Origin: Deltaproteobacteria bacterium
GTDB taxonomy: Bacteria; JACQOV01
Length of the DNA stretch: 20,281 bases
Reading direction: 5' to 3'
NCBI GenBank assembly: GCA_016202395.1
Contig: JACQOV010000026.1
Location: 1-20,281, forward strand
The notes below the pieces were generated by a model. The model worked only from the letters and a program-made list of their open reading frames with translations, had not been told where the DNA came from and did no database searches. Both the position numbers and the translations under genes were made by a program. Numbering within the stretch: position 1 is the stretch's first letter; each line of letters starts with the position of its first letter. This document shows positions 1-9,163 of this stretch, piece after piece.

Positions 1-39
1 ATATAATTTACTCTAAAGTCAAGCGCAGCGAGAATTTTG

Positions 40-1917
40 CTATTCAATATTTAACCAACCGGATGCGTCAACGAGTTCATTTTTCACACAAACGACATGA
101 ACTCGAACCTCTTCATGGTTATTGTCATGCGAGGCAAAATCGCCCCCACATTCCCAATTAAAGCCCCCTTGTTTACAATGGATCCGACCAATATACGAAA
201 CGCCATTTTCATTGATGTCCCCACCCGCGAAAGAGAAACCACCCGTAAAACACCAATGGGTAAGCACAGAAACTTTCGTATCATACCAAACCTCCCCCTT
301 AGATCCCCTAAAACCCAACAATTTAATCGGTTTCTCCCCCTGAACGAGCAGATCTCCATCCAATCGAGAATTCCCAGCCACATGGAGTGGGGCTTGAGGG
401 GAGGAGTTCCCAATGCCTACTTTCCCAGCAAAGTAATTATTCCCACTCCCATTTTGGCTAATCACGCCTGAGAAACTGGTATTTACTGCTTGAATGTCGC
501 CGTTGACATCGAGTTTGTATTGGGAATTAGGAGAGGTGCCAATCCCGACGTTGCCGGTGATTATTTGAACTCCTTGATCGCTGATCCGAGCAATGTCAGC
601 CCCTCCCACTATAAACGTATGACCTGTGGACGCTACGACTCCATAGTTCATCCCCCCTCCATGCCCTAGGACATAGGATGAAGCTCCTTCCCCCGTTAAA
701 TTGAGTCTCGCGCCAAACATCTGCCCATCTACATACATATCATTATCCACCTGGATATCATGACTGGTGCGAATATCCCCCTCCACATCCAGCTTGTAGC
801 CGGGAAACGACGTCCCGATGCCAACGTTGCCGCTCGGTTGGATGACCATCTCAGTGCCGCCAACCCCTTGCCACGCGTTGAACTGGATATCGAAGTTGTC
901 GCGCGTGCCAAAGACCATCGCACCATTGTGCGACAAGATCTCACCTCCTGCCATGGTTGTCGCGAGCCCGGTGGTCGGCGCTGTGACACCAATAACGTAT
1001 CCATCACCGTGCACATCCAGCTTGTAGCCGGGCGTCGTCGTTCCGATGCCGACGTTTCCCTGTGCGTCGATCACCAACCGATCCTTGTTCGCGCTCGCGT
1101 CCGTGATCGAAAAGCCCCCGCCCTCGCTACCAACGACCCAATTTCCACCGCCCGCCCCGACGGCGAAGAACCCAATACGAGAAGCGTTGCCGGCCGTCTC
1201 GAAGCGAGCCGGAAGCGTGCCCGCCGGACCGACCACGTGCAGGGGATTCGCCGGGCTCGTCGTCCCGATGCCGACGTTGCCTTGACTTGTCACCGTTAAT
1301 CTCGCCTGTCCGCTCGTATCATCCCATATGGAAAGACTATTTGCATCGCCTACCCCCGCCCCCGTAAAAATCTTCCAATCGTTCTTGCTGGCGTCGGTAT
1401 TCACAAAATTGATGGCACTGGCACTGGTTCCCTTTATTTGTATTTCACCCTGACCTGTCGCATTGACTACCTCCAGTTTCGTCGCCGGATTTGTTGTTCC
1501 GATGCCGACGTTGCCATTGGCCACGATAAAATCCCCTTGGGAGCCCAGGGCGTAGGGGACGGAAACCAGGTGCTGATACTGATTGCTGGTCATTAAAGGT
1601 TCCCCTTCCACTATGACTCGTAAATACAGATCCTGCACCGCAACGTCAGAAGCCTCTATCGGTTGATTGCCTTGAGAAGTGTCCCCTAACTCCACCGAAA
1701 AAATACCTCCAGAAACCTCCACCACATATCTCCCCTCCCACATCGGATCTCCGTAATCCGGGGAACAATTCGGTGTGGAACAGAGCGCAAACTCCATGAT
1801 TGTCGTTCCACTGACCGGCCCACTCCCATCCTCCAACACCCCTTGGTAGGAAAGACGAGCTGAGAAGGCTGAGGTTGTTAAGACCAGCAGACCCAGGGAC
1901 AAGACAAGGTGTTTCAT
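40..1917 (-). CDS. Secreted fibre/adhesin-like protein with six G(N/K)VGIG(T/N) repeats (tail-fibre-like, resembling Bdellovibrio mosaic adhesive fibres)
   Basis: ORF 40..1953; start moved to ATG 1917 (GGAGG at 1923-1927, Sec-type signal MKHLVLSLGLLVLTTSAFSA). N-terminal 'LSYQGVL...GIFSVELG' domain, six VGIG repeats, Cys-containing C-terminal domain. Confidence 0.8.
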   Translation of the reverse strand: MKHLVLSLGLLVLTTSAFSARLSYQGVLEDGSGPVSGTTIMEFALCSTPNCSPDYGDPMWEGRYVVEVSGGIFSVELGDTSQGNQPIEASDVAVQDLYLRVIVEGEPLMTSNQYQHLVSVPYALGSQGDFIVANGNVGIGTTNPATKLEVVNATGQGEIQIKGTSASAINFVNTDASKNDWKIFTGAGVGDANSLSIWDDTSGQARLTVTSQGNVGIGTTSPANPLHVVGPAGTLPARFETAGNASRIGFFAVGAGGGNWVVGSEGGGFSITDASANKDRLVIDAQGNVGIGTTTPGYKLDVHGDGYVIGVTAPTTGLATTMAGGEILSHNGAMVFGTRDNFDIQFNAWQGVGGTEMVIQPSGNVGIGTSFPGYKLDVEGDIRTSHDIQVDNDMYVDGQMFGARLNLTGEGASSYVLGHGGGMNYGVVASTGHTFIVGGADIARISDQGVQIITGNVGIGTSPNSQYKLDVNGDIQAVNTSFSGVISQNGSGNNYFAGKVGIGNSSPQAPLHVAGNSRLDGDLLVQGEKPIKLLGFRGSKGEVWYDTKVSVLTHWCFTGGFSFAGGDINENGVSYIGRIHCKQGGFNWECGGDFASHDNNHEEVRVHVVCVKNELVDASGWLNIE

Positions 1918-1938
1918 AGTGACCTCCAGTTTTTTATG

Positions 1939-2052
1939 GTCATCCCCGTGCAAACGGGGAACCAGACCTGGATCCCCGCTTCCGCGGGGATGACGATGAC
2001 CTGGATTCCCACTTTCGTGGGAATGACGGAATTTCCGTTTTTACGGGATGAC
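1939..2052. repeat. Cluster of four GTCATYCCCG...GGGRATCCAG REP/dRS3-like palindromic units
   Basis: Units at 1939-1965, 1968-1994, 2001-2027 and 2028-2052; 2005-2024 is ATTCCC-N8-GGGAAT. Confidence 0.85.
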
Positions 2053-2065
2053 GACAAAATGATAC

Positions 2066-2080
2066 GCAAGAAGTGTGCCA
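2066..2080 (-). promoter_or_regulatory. Sigma-54 (RpoN) -24/-12 promoter for the fibre gene
   Basis: Minus strand reads TGGCAC-ACTTC-TTGC, an exact TGGCAC-N5-TTGC match pointing at the fibre gene. Confidence 0.85.
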
Positions 2081-2140
2081 GAAGGGGGACTTTAGCATTA
2101 AAAAATCATCCAAGGGAATGGATACTAAAAATGCTTTTTA

Positions 2141-2153
2141 AATCAGAGGGTTA
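2141..2153. promoter_or_regulatory. Putative IHF site
   Basis: AATCAGAGGGTTA fits WATCAR-N4-TTR and lies between the sigma-54 promoter and the upstream palindromes. Confidence 0.55.
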
Positions 2154-2214
2154 AGCCTGAAATCTTCTTGTGGGGTGATTGGGAAGGTTCAATAAGAATT
2201 CCATCGAAAACTCT

Positions 2215-2260
2215 ATTTGTAACAGATCTGTTACAAATTTGTATCAAAACTGTTACAAAT
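2215..2260. promoter_or_regulatory. Tandem palindromic activator sites (putative enhancer for a sigma-54 activator)
   Basis: Perfect 24-bp palindrome ATTTGTAACAGATCTGTTACAAAT (2215-2238) plus imperfect copy ATTTGTATCAAAACTGTTACAAAT (2237-2260), offset by 22 bp. Confidence 0.7.
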
Positions 2261-2268
2261 GCGTCGTA

Positions 2269-3387
2269 CTAGCGGATTTGGCGATGGATGCGTGTCGTGC
2301 TAAACACAATTAAAACGACTCCGAATAAAGCCAAAACTAAAGCCTGGGGCCAAAGGATCTCCCAGCCGTTCCCTTTCAAAATAATGCCGCGGATAATCTC
2401 CACAAAGTAGCGGACCGGGTTCAAAAGGCTCACCCACTGAAAGAACTTCGGCATGTTGGCTGTAGGGAAAAGGAAACCCGATAAAATGATCATTGGAAAG
2501 ACAACAAAGAATGCGGTATTCATCGCCTGCTGTTGATTCTGAACGAGGGTGGAAATAAACAATCCAATGCTGAGGGTCGTCAATAAAAAGACCCCTGTTA
2601 ATGCGTAGAGTAGGCCAATCTCCCCCCGGACAGGAACACCGAACCCCTCGATCCCAACAATGAGAACGGCAGTCATGTTCAAAAAACCAAGCCCGATAAA
2701 GGGGATCAGCTTCCCAAGAATAAAAGCCGTCCGACGCAACGGCGTCACAATCAGTTGTTCCATCGTCCCCAGCTCCTTCTCTTTAACGATGGTCAGAGCC
2801 GTGAGCATGATGGTGCTCACCATGAGGACGTTCACGATCACTCCGGGAACCATGTAGTTGCGACTTTTGAGCGCCGGGTTGTACCAGACGCGCGGACGAA
2901 TCTCGACAACGGCGGCTGGGGTGGCGCTTGATGAGGCTGGGAGATGTTCCACCGCAAAATCGTTCGTCAAGATAGAGGCATAATTGGTGGCGATGAGGGC
3001 GCTGTTCGACTCGGAGCCGTCCACAACGAGTTGAAGAGGGGCAAAGCCTCCGGAGACCACCTCTTGACCAAAATTGGGAGGGATCATCAGTCCCACTTTG
3101 ATCTCTCCTCGTAGAATTAATCTCTCAAGCTCTTCACGGGAATCGATGTAGCCCTGAACATCAAAAAGATTCGTTGCCACCCACTGTTCCACCACCGATC
3201 GACTGATGGCGCTTCGATCCCTATCCCAAACCGCCATCGGAACATGCTCCACATCCAGAGTGGCAGCGTAACCGAGCAACAACATCTGAAGAACCGGGGC
3301 CAACATCAATGGAGGCCAGAGCTTCTTGTCGCGCAAGAGCTGGATCAACTCTTTCTTCACCAACCGAAACATCTGAAACCAGATCAT
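2269..3387 (-). CDS. ABC-2 type transporter permease (YbhR-like)
   Basis: KELIQLLRD N-terminus, WYNP...PG, KEKELGTMEQLIVTP motif, C-terminal TM helices. Confidence 0.92.
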   Translation of the reverse strand: MIWFQMFRLVKKELIQLLRDKKLWPPLMLAPVLQMLLLGYAATLDVEHVPMAVWDRDRSAISRSVVEQWVATNLFDVQGYIDSREELERLILRGEIKVGLMIPPNFGQEVVSGGFAPLQLVVDGSESNSALIATNYASILTNDFAVEHLPASSSATPAAVVEIRPRVWYNPALKSRNYMVPGVIVNVLMVSTIMLTALTIVKEKELGTMEQLIVTPLRRTAFILGKLIPFIGLGFLNMTAVLIVGIEGFGVPVRGEIGLLYALTGVFLLTTLSIGLFISTLVQNQQQAMNTAFFVVFPMIILSGFLFPTANMPKFFQWVSLLNPVRYFVEIIRGIILKGNGWEILWPQALVLALFGVVLIVFSTTRIHRQIR

Positions 3388-4500
3388 CTAGGCAATCCTC
3401 TTTTGGAAACGCCGAACGCTCACCCCCACAAAAACGGCTAGAAAGATAAAAAGAGGCCACATCTGCGGCCATGCATCCCTCCACCCAATCCCTTTGAGCA
3501 GAATCGCTTTGACAAGATGAACGTAATAACGAATGGGGAAAAAACCGGTAATCTTTTGTAAAAATGTGGGCATGCTCTCGATCGGGAAGATAAACCCCGA
3601 CAGGAGAAACGAAGGGAGCATCGTAACAATAAACGAGATCTGCCAGGCCACTTGCTGACTATCGGTGAGTGTGGAAATGAACAACCCTAAACTGAGCCCC
3701 ACCAGCAAAAAAAGGCCGGTGGTGACAAACAGAATCCCAAATCCCCCCACCACGGGAACCCCAAAAACGAAACGGGCCGCCAAAACACCGCAGATGAATT
3801 GGACATAGGCGATCAAAAGGTACGGGATCAATTTCCCAGAGATCATCTCGATCGGCCGGATCGGCGAGGCCAAGATCCCCTCCACCGTTCCGTGCTCTTT
3901 CTCTCTCACAATGGCCAAGGAGGTCATGGCCACCGTGGTCATCATCAAAACGAGACCGAGCAGTCCAGGGATAATAAATAACGTGCTCCGCAAAGTCGGA
4001 TTGAACCAGATCTGGGGGCGAAGCTCGGTGGCCATATGAAGATTCTGCGCTGTCAAGAGGACGCGATCTTGGTAAAATCGCTGCACGATCCCTTGAGCAT
4101 AGCCCATGGCAATGGTCGCCGTGTTATTGTCGGCCCCATCCACCAGAAGCTGCACGTCCGCATGTTTGCCGGTTTGAAGGGCCTCTGCAAATCCCTTGGG
4201 GATTTTCACCCCGATCCGAATCTGATCTCGGTCCAAGGCAACATCAAAATCCCTTTCGTTTCGGGCCCAAAAAACCGGCTCAAAATAGGTGGAGGCCTCG
4301 AATCGATCGAGAAGCTCTCGCGAGGCCGCAGTTCGGTCCTCGTCTTGAATGCCGTAGGGGATATGATCGATATCGAGTGTGATCGCAAATCCGTGGATGA
4401 GAAGCATCATCAAAGGAAAAAGGATAATCATGGAGAGGGCGAGGCGATCCCGCGACAGATGCCGAAACTCTTTGATGATGATGGAAACAAGTCTATGCAT
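3388..4500 (-). CDS. ABC-2 type transporter permease (YbhS-like)
   Basis: KEFRHLSRD, WFNP, REKEHGTVEGILASP; paralogous to and abutting the adjacent permease. Confidence 0.92.
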   Translation of the reverse strand: MHRLVSIIIKEFRHLSRDRLALSMIILFPLMMLLIHGFAITLDIDHIPYGIQDEDRTAASRELLDRFEASTYFEPVFWARNERDFDVALDRDQIRIGVKIPKGFAEALQTGKHADVQLLVDGADNNTATIAMGYAQGIVQRFYQDRVLLTAQNLHMATELRPQIWFNPTLRSTLFIIPGLLGLVLMMTTVAMTSLAIVREKEHGTVEGILASPIRPIEMISGKLIPYLLIAYVQFICGVLAARFVFGVPVVGGFGILFVTTGLFLLVGLSLGLFISTLTDSQQVAWQISFIVTMLPSFLLSGFIFPIESMPTFLQKITGFFPIRYYVHLVKAILLKGIGWRDAWPQMWPLFIFLAVFVGVSVRRFQKRIA

Positions 4501-4501
4501 G

Positions 4502-5428
4502 TTACGAAGATTGTCGGCTTAAAGAAACAAACACATCCTCAATCGATGGCGAAATCTGCCGAATAGAAATCTGCTCTATCCCTTTCTCCTTCAACTCTTC
4601 TTTCAAAAGATCCATGCCATCAAACCCTGGAGGCATCACCACATGCAACTCATCTCCATAAAAATTCACATCGATGACATGCGAAGAGCTCTTTAGAAGA
4701 TCAAAACAACGCTCCATCGGCTCTCCTTGGATAGAAAACAGAGATTCCCGCATCACCGTAGATTTAATTCGCCCTGGCGCATCGGAGGCCACCAGCCTCC
4801 CATTCCAGATAAAACCGATTCGATTGCAACGCTCCGCCTCCTCCATGTAGTGTGTGGTGATAAACAAGGTCATCCCCGATTGCGCAAGCTTGTATAAAAT
4901 ATCCCAAAGGGTTCGACGAGAGACCGGATCAATCCCCGCCGTCGGTTCGTCTAAGAAAAGGATTTTCGGACGATGGGAGATCGCAGAGGCCAAAGCGAGT
5001 TTCTGTTTCCATCCTCCCGAGAGATGCTTGGCAAGGTACTTGCGATAAGGCTTGAGCTCAATCTCTTGAATCACTCGCTCTCTTTCACGAAAGATCTCGC
5101 TCCGTTTTTTGAGATAAAGGCCGGTGTAAAAATCGATATTCTCTTCGACGGTCAGATCATGATAGAGACCAAAATGCTGAGACATATAACCGATAACGGT
5201 TTTGATGCTCTCAGATTCTTGAACAATGTCGAATCCTCCAACGCATCCTCCTCCAGAGGTGGGGGCCAAGATTCCGCAGAGCATCCGGATCGTGGTGCTT
5301 TTTCCAGCGCCATTGGGCCCCAAAAAACCGTAGATCTCCCCGGGCCGGATCTGGAGATCGAGTTGATCGACCGCTACTTTTTCGCCGAAACGACGCGTTA
5401 ACTTATTCGCTTCGATAGTCCACACCAA
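4502..5428 (-). CDS. ABC transporter ATP-binding protein
   Basis: Walker A GPNGAGKS, LSGG signature, Walker B LFLDEP, H-loop TTHYMEEA. Start TTG 5428 or GTG 5425. Confidence 0.95.
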   Translation of the reverse strand: MVWTIEANKLTRRFGEKVAVDQLDLQIRPGEIYGFLGPNGAGKSTTIRMLCGILAPTSGGGCVGGFDIVQESESIKTVIGYMSQHFGLYHDLTVEENIDFYTGLYLKKRSEIFRERERVIQEIELKPYRKYLAKHLSGGWKQKLALASAISHRPKILFLDEPTAGIDPVSRRTLWDILYKLAQSGMTLFITTHYMEEAERCNRIGFIWNGRLVASDAPGRIKSTVMRESLFSIQGEPMERCFDLLKSSSHVIDVNFYGDELHVVMPPGFDGMDLLKEELKEKGIEQISIRQISPSIEDVFVSLSRQSS

Positions 5429-5432
5429 ATTT

Positions 5433-5492
5433 CTAACTCCCTCTAACCCCCTCTAACTCCCCCTTAGAATAAGGGGAGGTTAGGAGGGGTTA
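5433..5492. repeat. CCCCCTT/AAGGGG-type palindromic element overlapping the HlyD stop codon
   Basis: Imperfect hairpin 5444-5492; 5444-5465 is the exact reverse complement of 11418-11439; three ~10-bp CTAACYCCCY units. Confidence 0.7.
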
Positions 5493-6376
5493 CTCACCAA
5501 AATTTCCACATCTACCGGCAACCCCGGCTTGAACTCTCCTCGAGGATTTTCTACAGCGATCTTTACAGCAAATACCAAACGCGCCCGCTCCTTGCGCGTT
5601 TGCACATTGCGTGGCGTAAACTCGGCCTCCTGCGCGATATAAATCACACTCCCATTATAAACGACATCGGGATAGGTCTCGCTCAACACTCTCGCAGGTT
5701 GCCCCAACTTCACTTTGCCAATCTCCGATTCCAGAACATAAACACGAACCCAGAGGTTCTCGAGATCTCCCAAAGTGAGCAAAGGCCTCCCCGGAATAGC
5801 AACCTCGCCAGGCTCCGCAAGCCGAAGCAGCACAACGCCGTCCATCGGTGAGATAATCGTGCTCTTCACAATCTGAGTCTGCACATAACGGAGAGAGGCC
5901 TCCGCTTGCGCAAGCAGCCCATTGGCAAGTTCGACTTGCCCTTCCGCCAGTCTCCAAGCCGTCTCCGTTTGATCGGCCTGCTGCCGTGAGGCCCCACCGG
6001 TTTTCAGCAACGATCGAAAACGCTCGTAATCCCTCTTTTTAAGCTCAAGATCAATCTCCGCCTGATGGAGCTCCGCCTGTCGCGTGACAACCAACGCCTC
6101 CACTCGCCCCTTCTCACTTTGAAGAAGGGCGGTGTCCAACTCGATCAAGGGGGCTCCCGCCTCCACACGATCCCCCTCTTCCGCCAGGAGGGTGAGAATC
6201 GGAGAAGAGATCTCAGCGCTCATATCGACCTGGGTTGCCTCAATCGTCCCAGAAGCCGAAATCGATGCGCCGTCCATCGAATCGCGATGATGAAATTTCC
6301 ACGCCCCTAAAGCGACGAGCGAACCGACGAGAAGAACCAAGGCAACCGATGATTTTTTTCGACTCATTCGAATCAT
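5480..6376 (-). CDS. HlyD-family periplasmic adaptor (YbhG-like)
   Basis: N-terminal TM, SGTIEA, lipoyl-like motifs, EAEFTPRNVQT, KPGLP; GGAGGAGG RBS; ATGA overlap with the TolC stop. Confidence 0.92.
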   Translation of the reverse strand: MIRMSRKKSSVALVLLVGSLVALGAWKFHHRDSMDGASISASGTIEATQVDMSAEISSPILTLLAEEGDRVEAGAPLIELDTALLQSEKGRVEALVVTRQAELHQAEIDLELKKRDYERFRSLLKTGGASRQQADQTETAWRLAEGQVELANGLLAQAEASLRYVQTQIVKSTIISPMDGVVLLRLAEPGEVAIPGRPLLTLGDLENLWVRVYVLESEIGKVKLGQPARVLSETYPDVVYNGSVIYIAQEAEFTPRNVQTRKERARLVFAVKIAVENPRGEFKPGLPVDVEILVSNPS

Positions 6377-7746
6377 GGAATTCCTCCTCCTATGGCCTTA
6401 TAGAAAGCAGCGGTTGCAATTTGATATTGAGAACCGGCGGCTAATGCCGCTACCTCGGCCTCATCCAAGGTAAGTTGCGAATCGAGGACATCGGCATTCG
6501 ACACGATCCCCTCTTTAAAACTGGCCTCCGCAATCTTAAGGGCCTCTTCGGCCACCTGAACCTCTTCTTCACGAGCCTCGACCAATGCTAAACCTTCCTC
6601 AATCCGATCGAGCGATTCTCGAATCTCTAACCAAACTCGATCCTTCAGTTGAAGCTCTCGAAGATCGATCTCGGCCATCTCGGAGCGGAGCGAGTCGACC
6701 TTTCCTGAGACTCCAAATCCATCGAATAGCGGAAACTCGATGGCAGCCCCCACCGACCAATTGTCTTCAAACTTCTGCTCAAAGTCGGGGGCCGGATACT
6801 GATAGCCCCAGTGAGCCCGTCCCAAAAGCGAGGGGCGATTCTTCGCTTTCGTCGCGTGAACCGATTGACGTAGAACCTGGCTCTGGGCTTCCAGGCGATG
6901 AAACTCAGGACGTTCCACCAAAGATTGTTGCAAGACCGCCTCGAAACTAGGAAGCTCATGGCGCTGCTTTAAATCCCCGGAAAGCTCGACAGTCTCTTCC
7001 AAAGGGAGCCCCACCCTCTCTTGAAATCGAAGAAGGGCCCGCTTGTAAGCATGCTCCGCCTCGATCACCTGGGGCCTAAAAGAACGGGTGTGACTCTGCG
7101 TTCGGAGCCATTCAAACCGCGAGATCAGCCCCTGTTGGTAACGACTCTCCGAAATCCGTTCGTGATCTTGAGCCCTCTCGTACCCTTTTTGCTTGACCTG
7201 CCAGAGCTCTTTGGCTTGAAGGGTTTGGTAAAAAATCTCGGAAACTTGGTAGACCACCTCCGACTGAACACGATGAAGCTCGGCCACCTCCGCTTGTCGT
7301 TCAAACTCTCGAGCGCGATAGGTGGAGGCGAGCCTGCCCCAGCTAAAAAGAACCTGCTCGAGATCTAGAGAGGTGTCGATGTTGTCGGCATTGCCCAACT
7401 GGATCGTCTGCGTCCCAGCAGCTCCCACAGGGATCTGAGCCGAGGGAACATTCCCCACCCGCTCGTAGCCCGCATTGAGTGTGAGTTGAGGGAAAAAACT
7501 CGACCGACTCTCTGTCTTAAGCCCTTCCACTTTTCCAACCCGCTCCTCTTGCGCCAGAACCTCACGATTCTGTTTCAACGCCATCTCCACCGCTTGATCC
7601 AACGTCAAAACCTCCTGGGCATAACCAACACCCTGCAGCATTACACCCAGTAGAGGTAGCAAAACCATGATCCCCCTCACCTTCATCCTCTCCCCTTTGG
7701 GGAGAGGAAAGAGGTGAGGGGGTAAAAATTCCGTCCTTCTTTTCAT
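6373..7746 (-). CDS. TolC-family outer-membrane efflux protein
   Basis: LTLDQAVEMAL, FFPQLTL, FPLFDG OEP motifs; GAGG RBS 7 nt upstream of ATG 7746. Confidence 0.9.
   Translation of the reverse strand: MKRRTEFLPPHLFPLPKGERMKVRGIMVLLPLLGVMLQGVGYAQEVLTLDQAVEMALKQNREVLAQEERVGKVEGLKTESRSSFFPQLTLNAGYERVGNVPSAQIPVGAAGTQTIQLGNADNIDTSLDLEQVLFSWGRLASTYRAREFERQAEVAELHRVQSEVVYQVSEIFYQTLQAKELWQVKQKGYERAQDHERISESRYQQGLISRFEWLRTQSHTRSFRPQVIEAEHAYKRALLRFQERVGLPLEETVELSGDLKQRHELPSFEAVLQQSLVERPEFHRLEAQSQVLRQSVHATKAKNRPSLLGRAHWGYQYPAPDFEQKFEDNWSVGAAIEFPLFDGFGVSGKVDSLRSEMAEIDLRELQLKDRVWLEIRESLDRIEEGLALVEAREEEVQVAEEALKIAEASFKEGIVSNADVLDSQLTLDEAEVAALAAGSQYQIATAAFYKAIGGGIP
7672..7722. repeat. 51-bp CCCCTCACC...GGTGAGGGG palindromic element inside the TolC 5' coding region
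   Basis: Near-perfect hairpin; core CCTCTCCCCTTTGGGGAGAGG identical to the element at 14701-14751. Confidence 0.8.
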
Positions 7747-7750
7747 CTTT

Positions 7751-8392
7751 CTACCTCAGAAAAGGATTACTGCGTCGCTCCTGCCCAATCGTTGTCGCCG
7801 GGCCATGCCCCGGGTAAACCAAAGTCTCATCCGGAAATGAAAGCAACCGTTGATGAATCGACTTCATAATCGTCTCCAACGATCCCCCCCAAAGATCGGT
7901 CCTTCCAATGCTTCCGTAAAATAACGTATCCCCCGTAAAGAGCCGATCGGCCTCCCCTTCCACCGGAATCCGAAAGGTAACACTCCCTGGAGTGTGCCCG
8001 GGGGTCTCGATCACCTCCCCTTGCAGTTTGCCAAAAGGGAGCGCTTCGCCGTCTTTTAAGTAGCGGTCCACAGGGATCACCGGCGGAATGGAAATCCCTA
8101 AAAAAGAGGCCTGCATGTCGGCATGATTGTAGAGAAAAAGATCTTCTGAATGAACATAAACGGGGGCGTTCGTGGCTTTCTGTAGAGGATTCACACCACC
8201 GATGTGATCGATGTGGGCGTGGGTGTGAACGATCGCTTTAACTTTAAGCCCATGCTTGGCCAACGCAAGAAGGATCTTATCCATCTCATCCCCCGGATCG
8301 ATCACGATCGCCTCCTTCGTCTCAGGGCAACCCAAAATCACACAATTGCATTGAAAAGGGCCGACCGGAAATGTTTCTTGGATGATAGCCAT
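7751..8392 (-). CDS. MBL-fold metallo-hydrolase (glyoxalase II/YcbL-like)
   Basis: THAHIDH, TPGHTPG, FTGDTLF, YPGHG, NPFL motifs. Confidence 0.93.
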   Translation of the reverse strand: MAIIQETFPVGPFQCNCVILGCPETKEAIVIDPGDEMDKILLALAKHGLKVKAIVHTHAHIDHIGGVNPLQKATNAPVYVHSEDLFLYNHADMQASFLGISIPPVIPVDRYLKDGEALPFGKLQGEVIETPGHTPGSVTFRIPVEGEADRLFTGDTLFYGSIGRTDLWGGSLETIMKSIHQRLLSFPDETLVYPGHGPATTIGQERRSNPFLR

Positions 8393-8395
8393 CTC

Positions 8396-8932
8396 TTACC
8401 ACGGTGCTTCTGCTTGCTTCGCCTGAAAATTCTCCCAACGGGCCAAGACAAAGAGATAATCGGAGAGTCGATTGAGATAAACAACGATCGGAGTCATCTC
8501 CTCTCGGTCATCAAGAGAAACCACTCGACGCTCCGCATGGCGACAAACCGTTCTCGCGTAGTGAAGCAACGCCGCCGTTTGCGTTCCCCCCGGCAAAATA
8601 AAATTTTTGAGTTTGGGGAGCCTCTCTTCCCAACGATCGATCGCCTTTTCTAACTCTTCCACCCTTCCCGCTTTAAGAATGGCCTTCTCTTTGGCTTTGG
8701 CTCCGGGTCGAGGATCGGCCAACCGCGCGCCAATCGTAAAAAGATCGCGCTGGATCTGCTCGAGCTCTTTTCGAGTCTCCTCATGGTCGGTAACGGAACA
8801 AACCCACCCCAACAACGCATTCAACTCATCCACATGACCATAGGCTTCCACCCACGGATGGTCTTTTCGAACTCGCGAGCCATCCGCAAGCCCGGTCTCC
8901 CCCCGATCCCCTGTTTTGGTGTAGATCTTCAC
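8396..8932 (-). CDS. pduO: Cob(I)alamin adenosyltransferase, PduO type
   Basis: KIYTKTGDRGET, EAYGHVDELN, FILPGG, ARTVCRHAER, YLNRLSDYLF motifs; GTG start. Confidence 0.93.
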   Translation of the reverse strand: MKIYTKTGDRGETGLADGSRVRKDHPWVEAYGHVDELNALLGWVCSVTDHEETRKELEQIQRDLFTIGARLADPRPGAKAKEKAILKAGRVEELEKAIDRWEERLPKLKNFILPGGTQTAALLHYARTVCRHAERRVVSLDDREEMTPIVVYLNRLSDYLFVLARWENFQAKQAEAPW

Positions 8933-9045
8933 GTCGCACCCCAGTCTATCAAAAAGTCCCCCCGTTTAAAAGAATGCGGAAAAGAATCTCCCTTTATGGT
9001 AGAATTATTGGCTAGTGCAGTTTGCTCGAGATTGGCCGAAGAAGG

Positions 9046-9071
9046 CAATTGTCGCGGCGCCGCAACAATTG
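9046..9071. promoter_or_regulatory. 26-bp near-perfect palindrome, possible protein-binding site
   Basis: CAATTGTCGCGGCGCCGCAACAATTG, one mismatched pair. Confidence 0.45.
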
Positions 9072-9078
9072 GATGGGT

Positions 9079-9162
9079 AATTTGGGGACACGATGCTTAA
9101 TCCAGAAAAGTTTTCATAGATAAGTATCGTGTCCCCCGAACTACCCGAACTACACCGAACTA
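9079..9162. mobile_element. Hairpin element 1 (inverted + direct copy of the array motif) with 3' tandem duplications
   Basis: GGGGACACGATGCTTA-ATCCAGAAAAGTTTTCATAGA-TAAGTATCGTGTCCCCCGAACT; CCGAACTA at 9136, 9145 and 9155. Confidence 0.75.
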
Positions 9163-9163
9163 T

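Noticed and set aside
17-22. Minus-strand TTGACT -35 box
   Set aside because: The matching -10 and gene would lie outside the window, so it cannot be supported.
760-1299. Long antisense ORF (and other shadow ORFs such as 4036..4566, 8204..8653, 18531..18941)
   Set aside because: Opposite-strand or alternate-frame shadows of well-supported genes.
40-1917. DGR target or shufflon
   Set aside because: No reverse transcriptase, adenine-variant template repeat, invertase or inverted alternative C-termini in the window.
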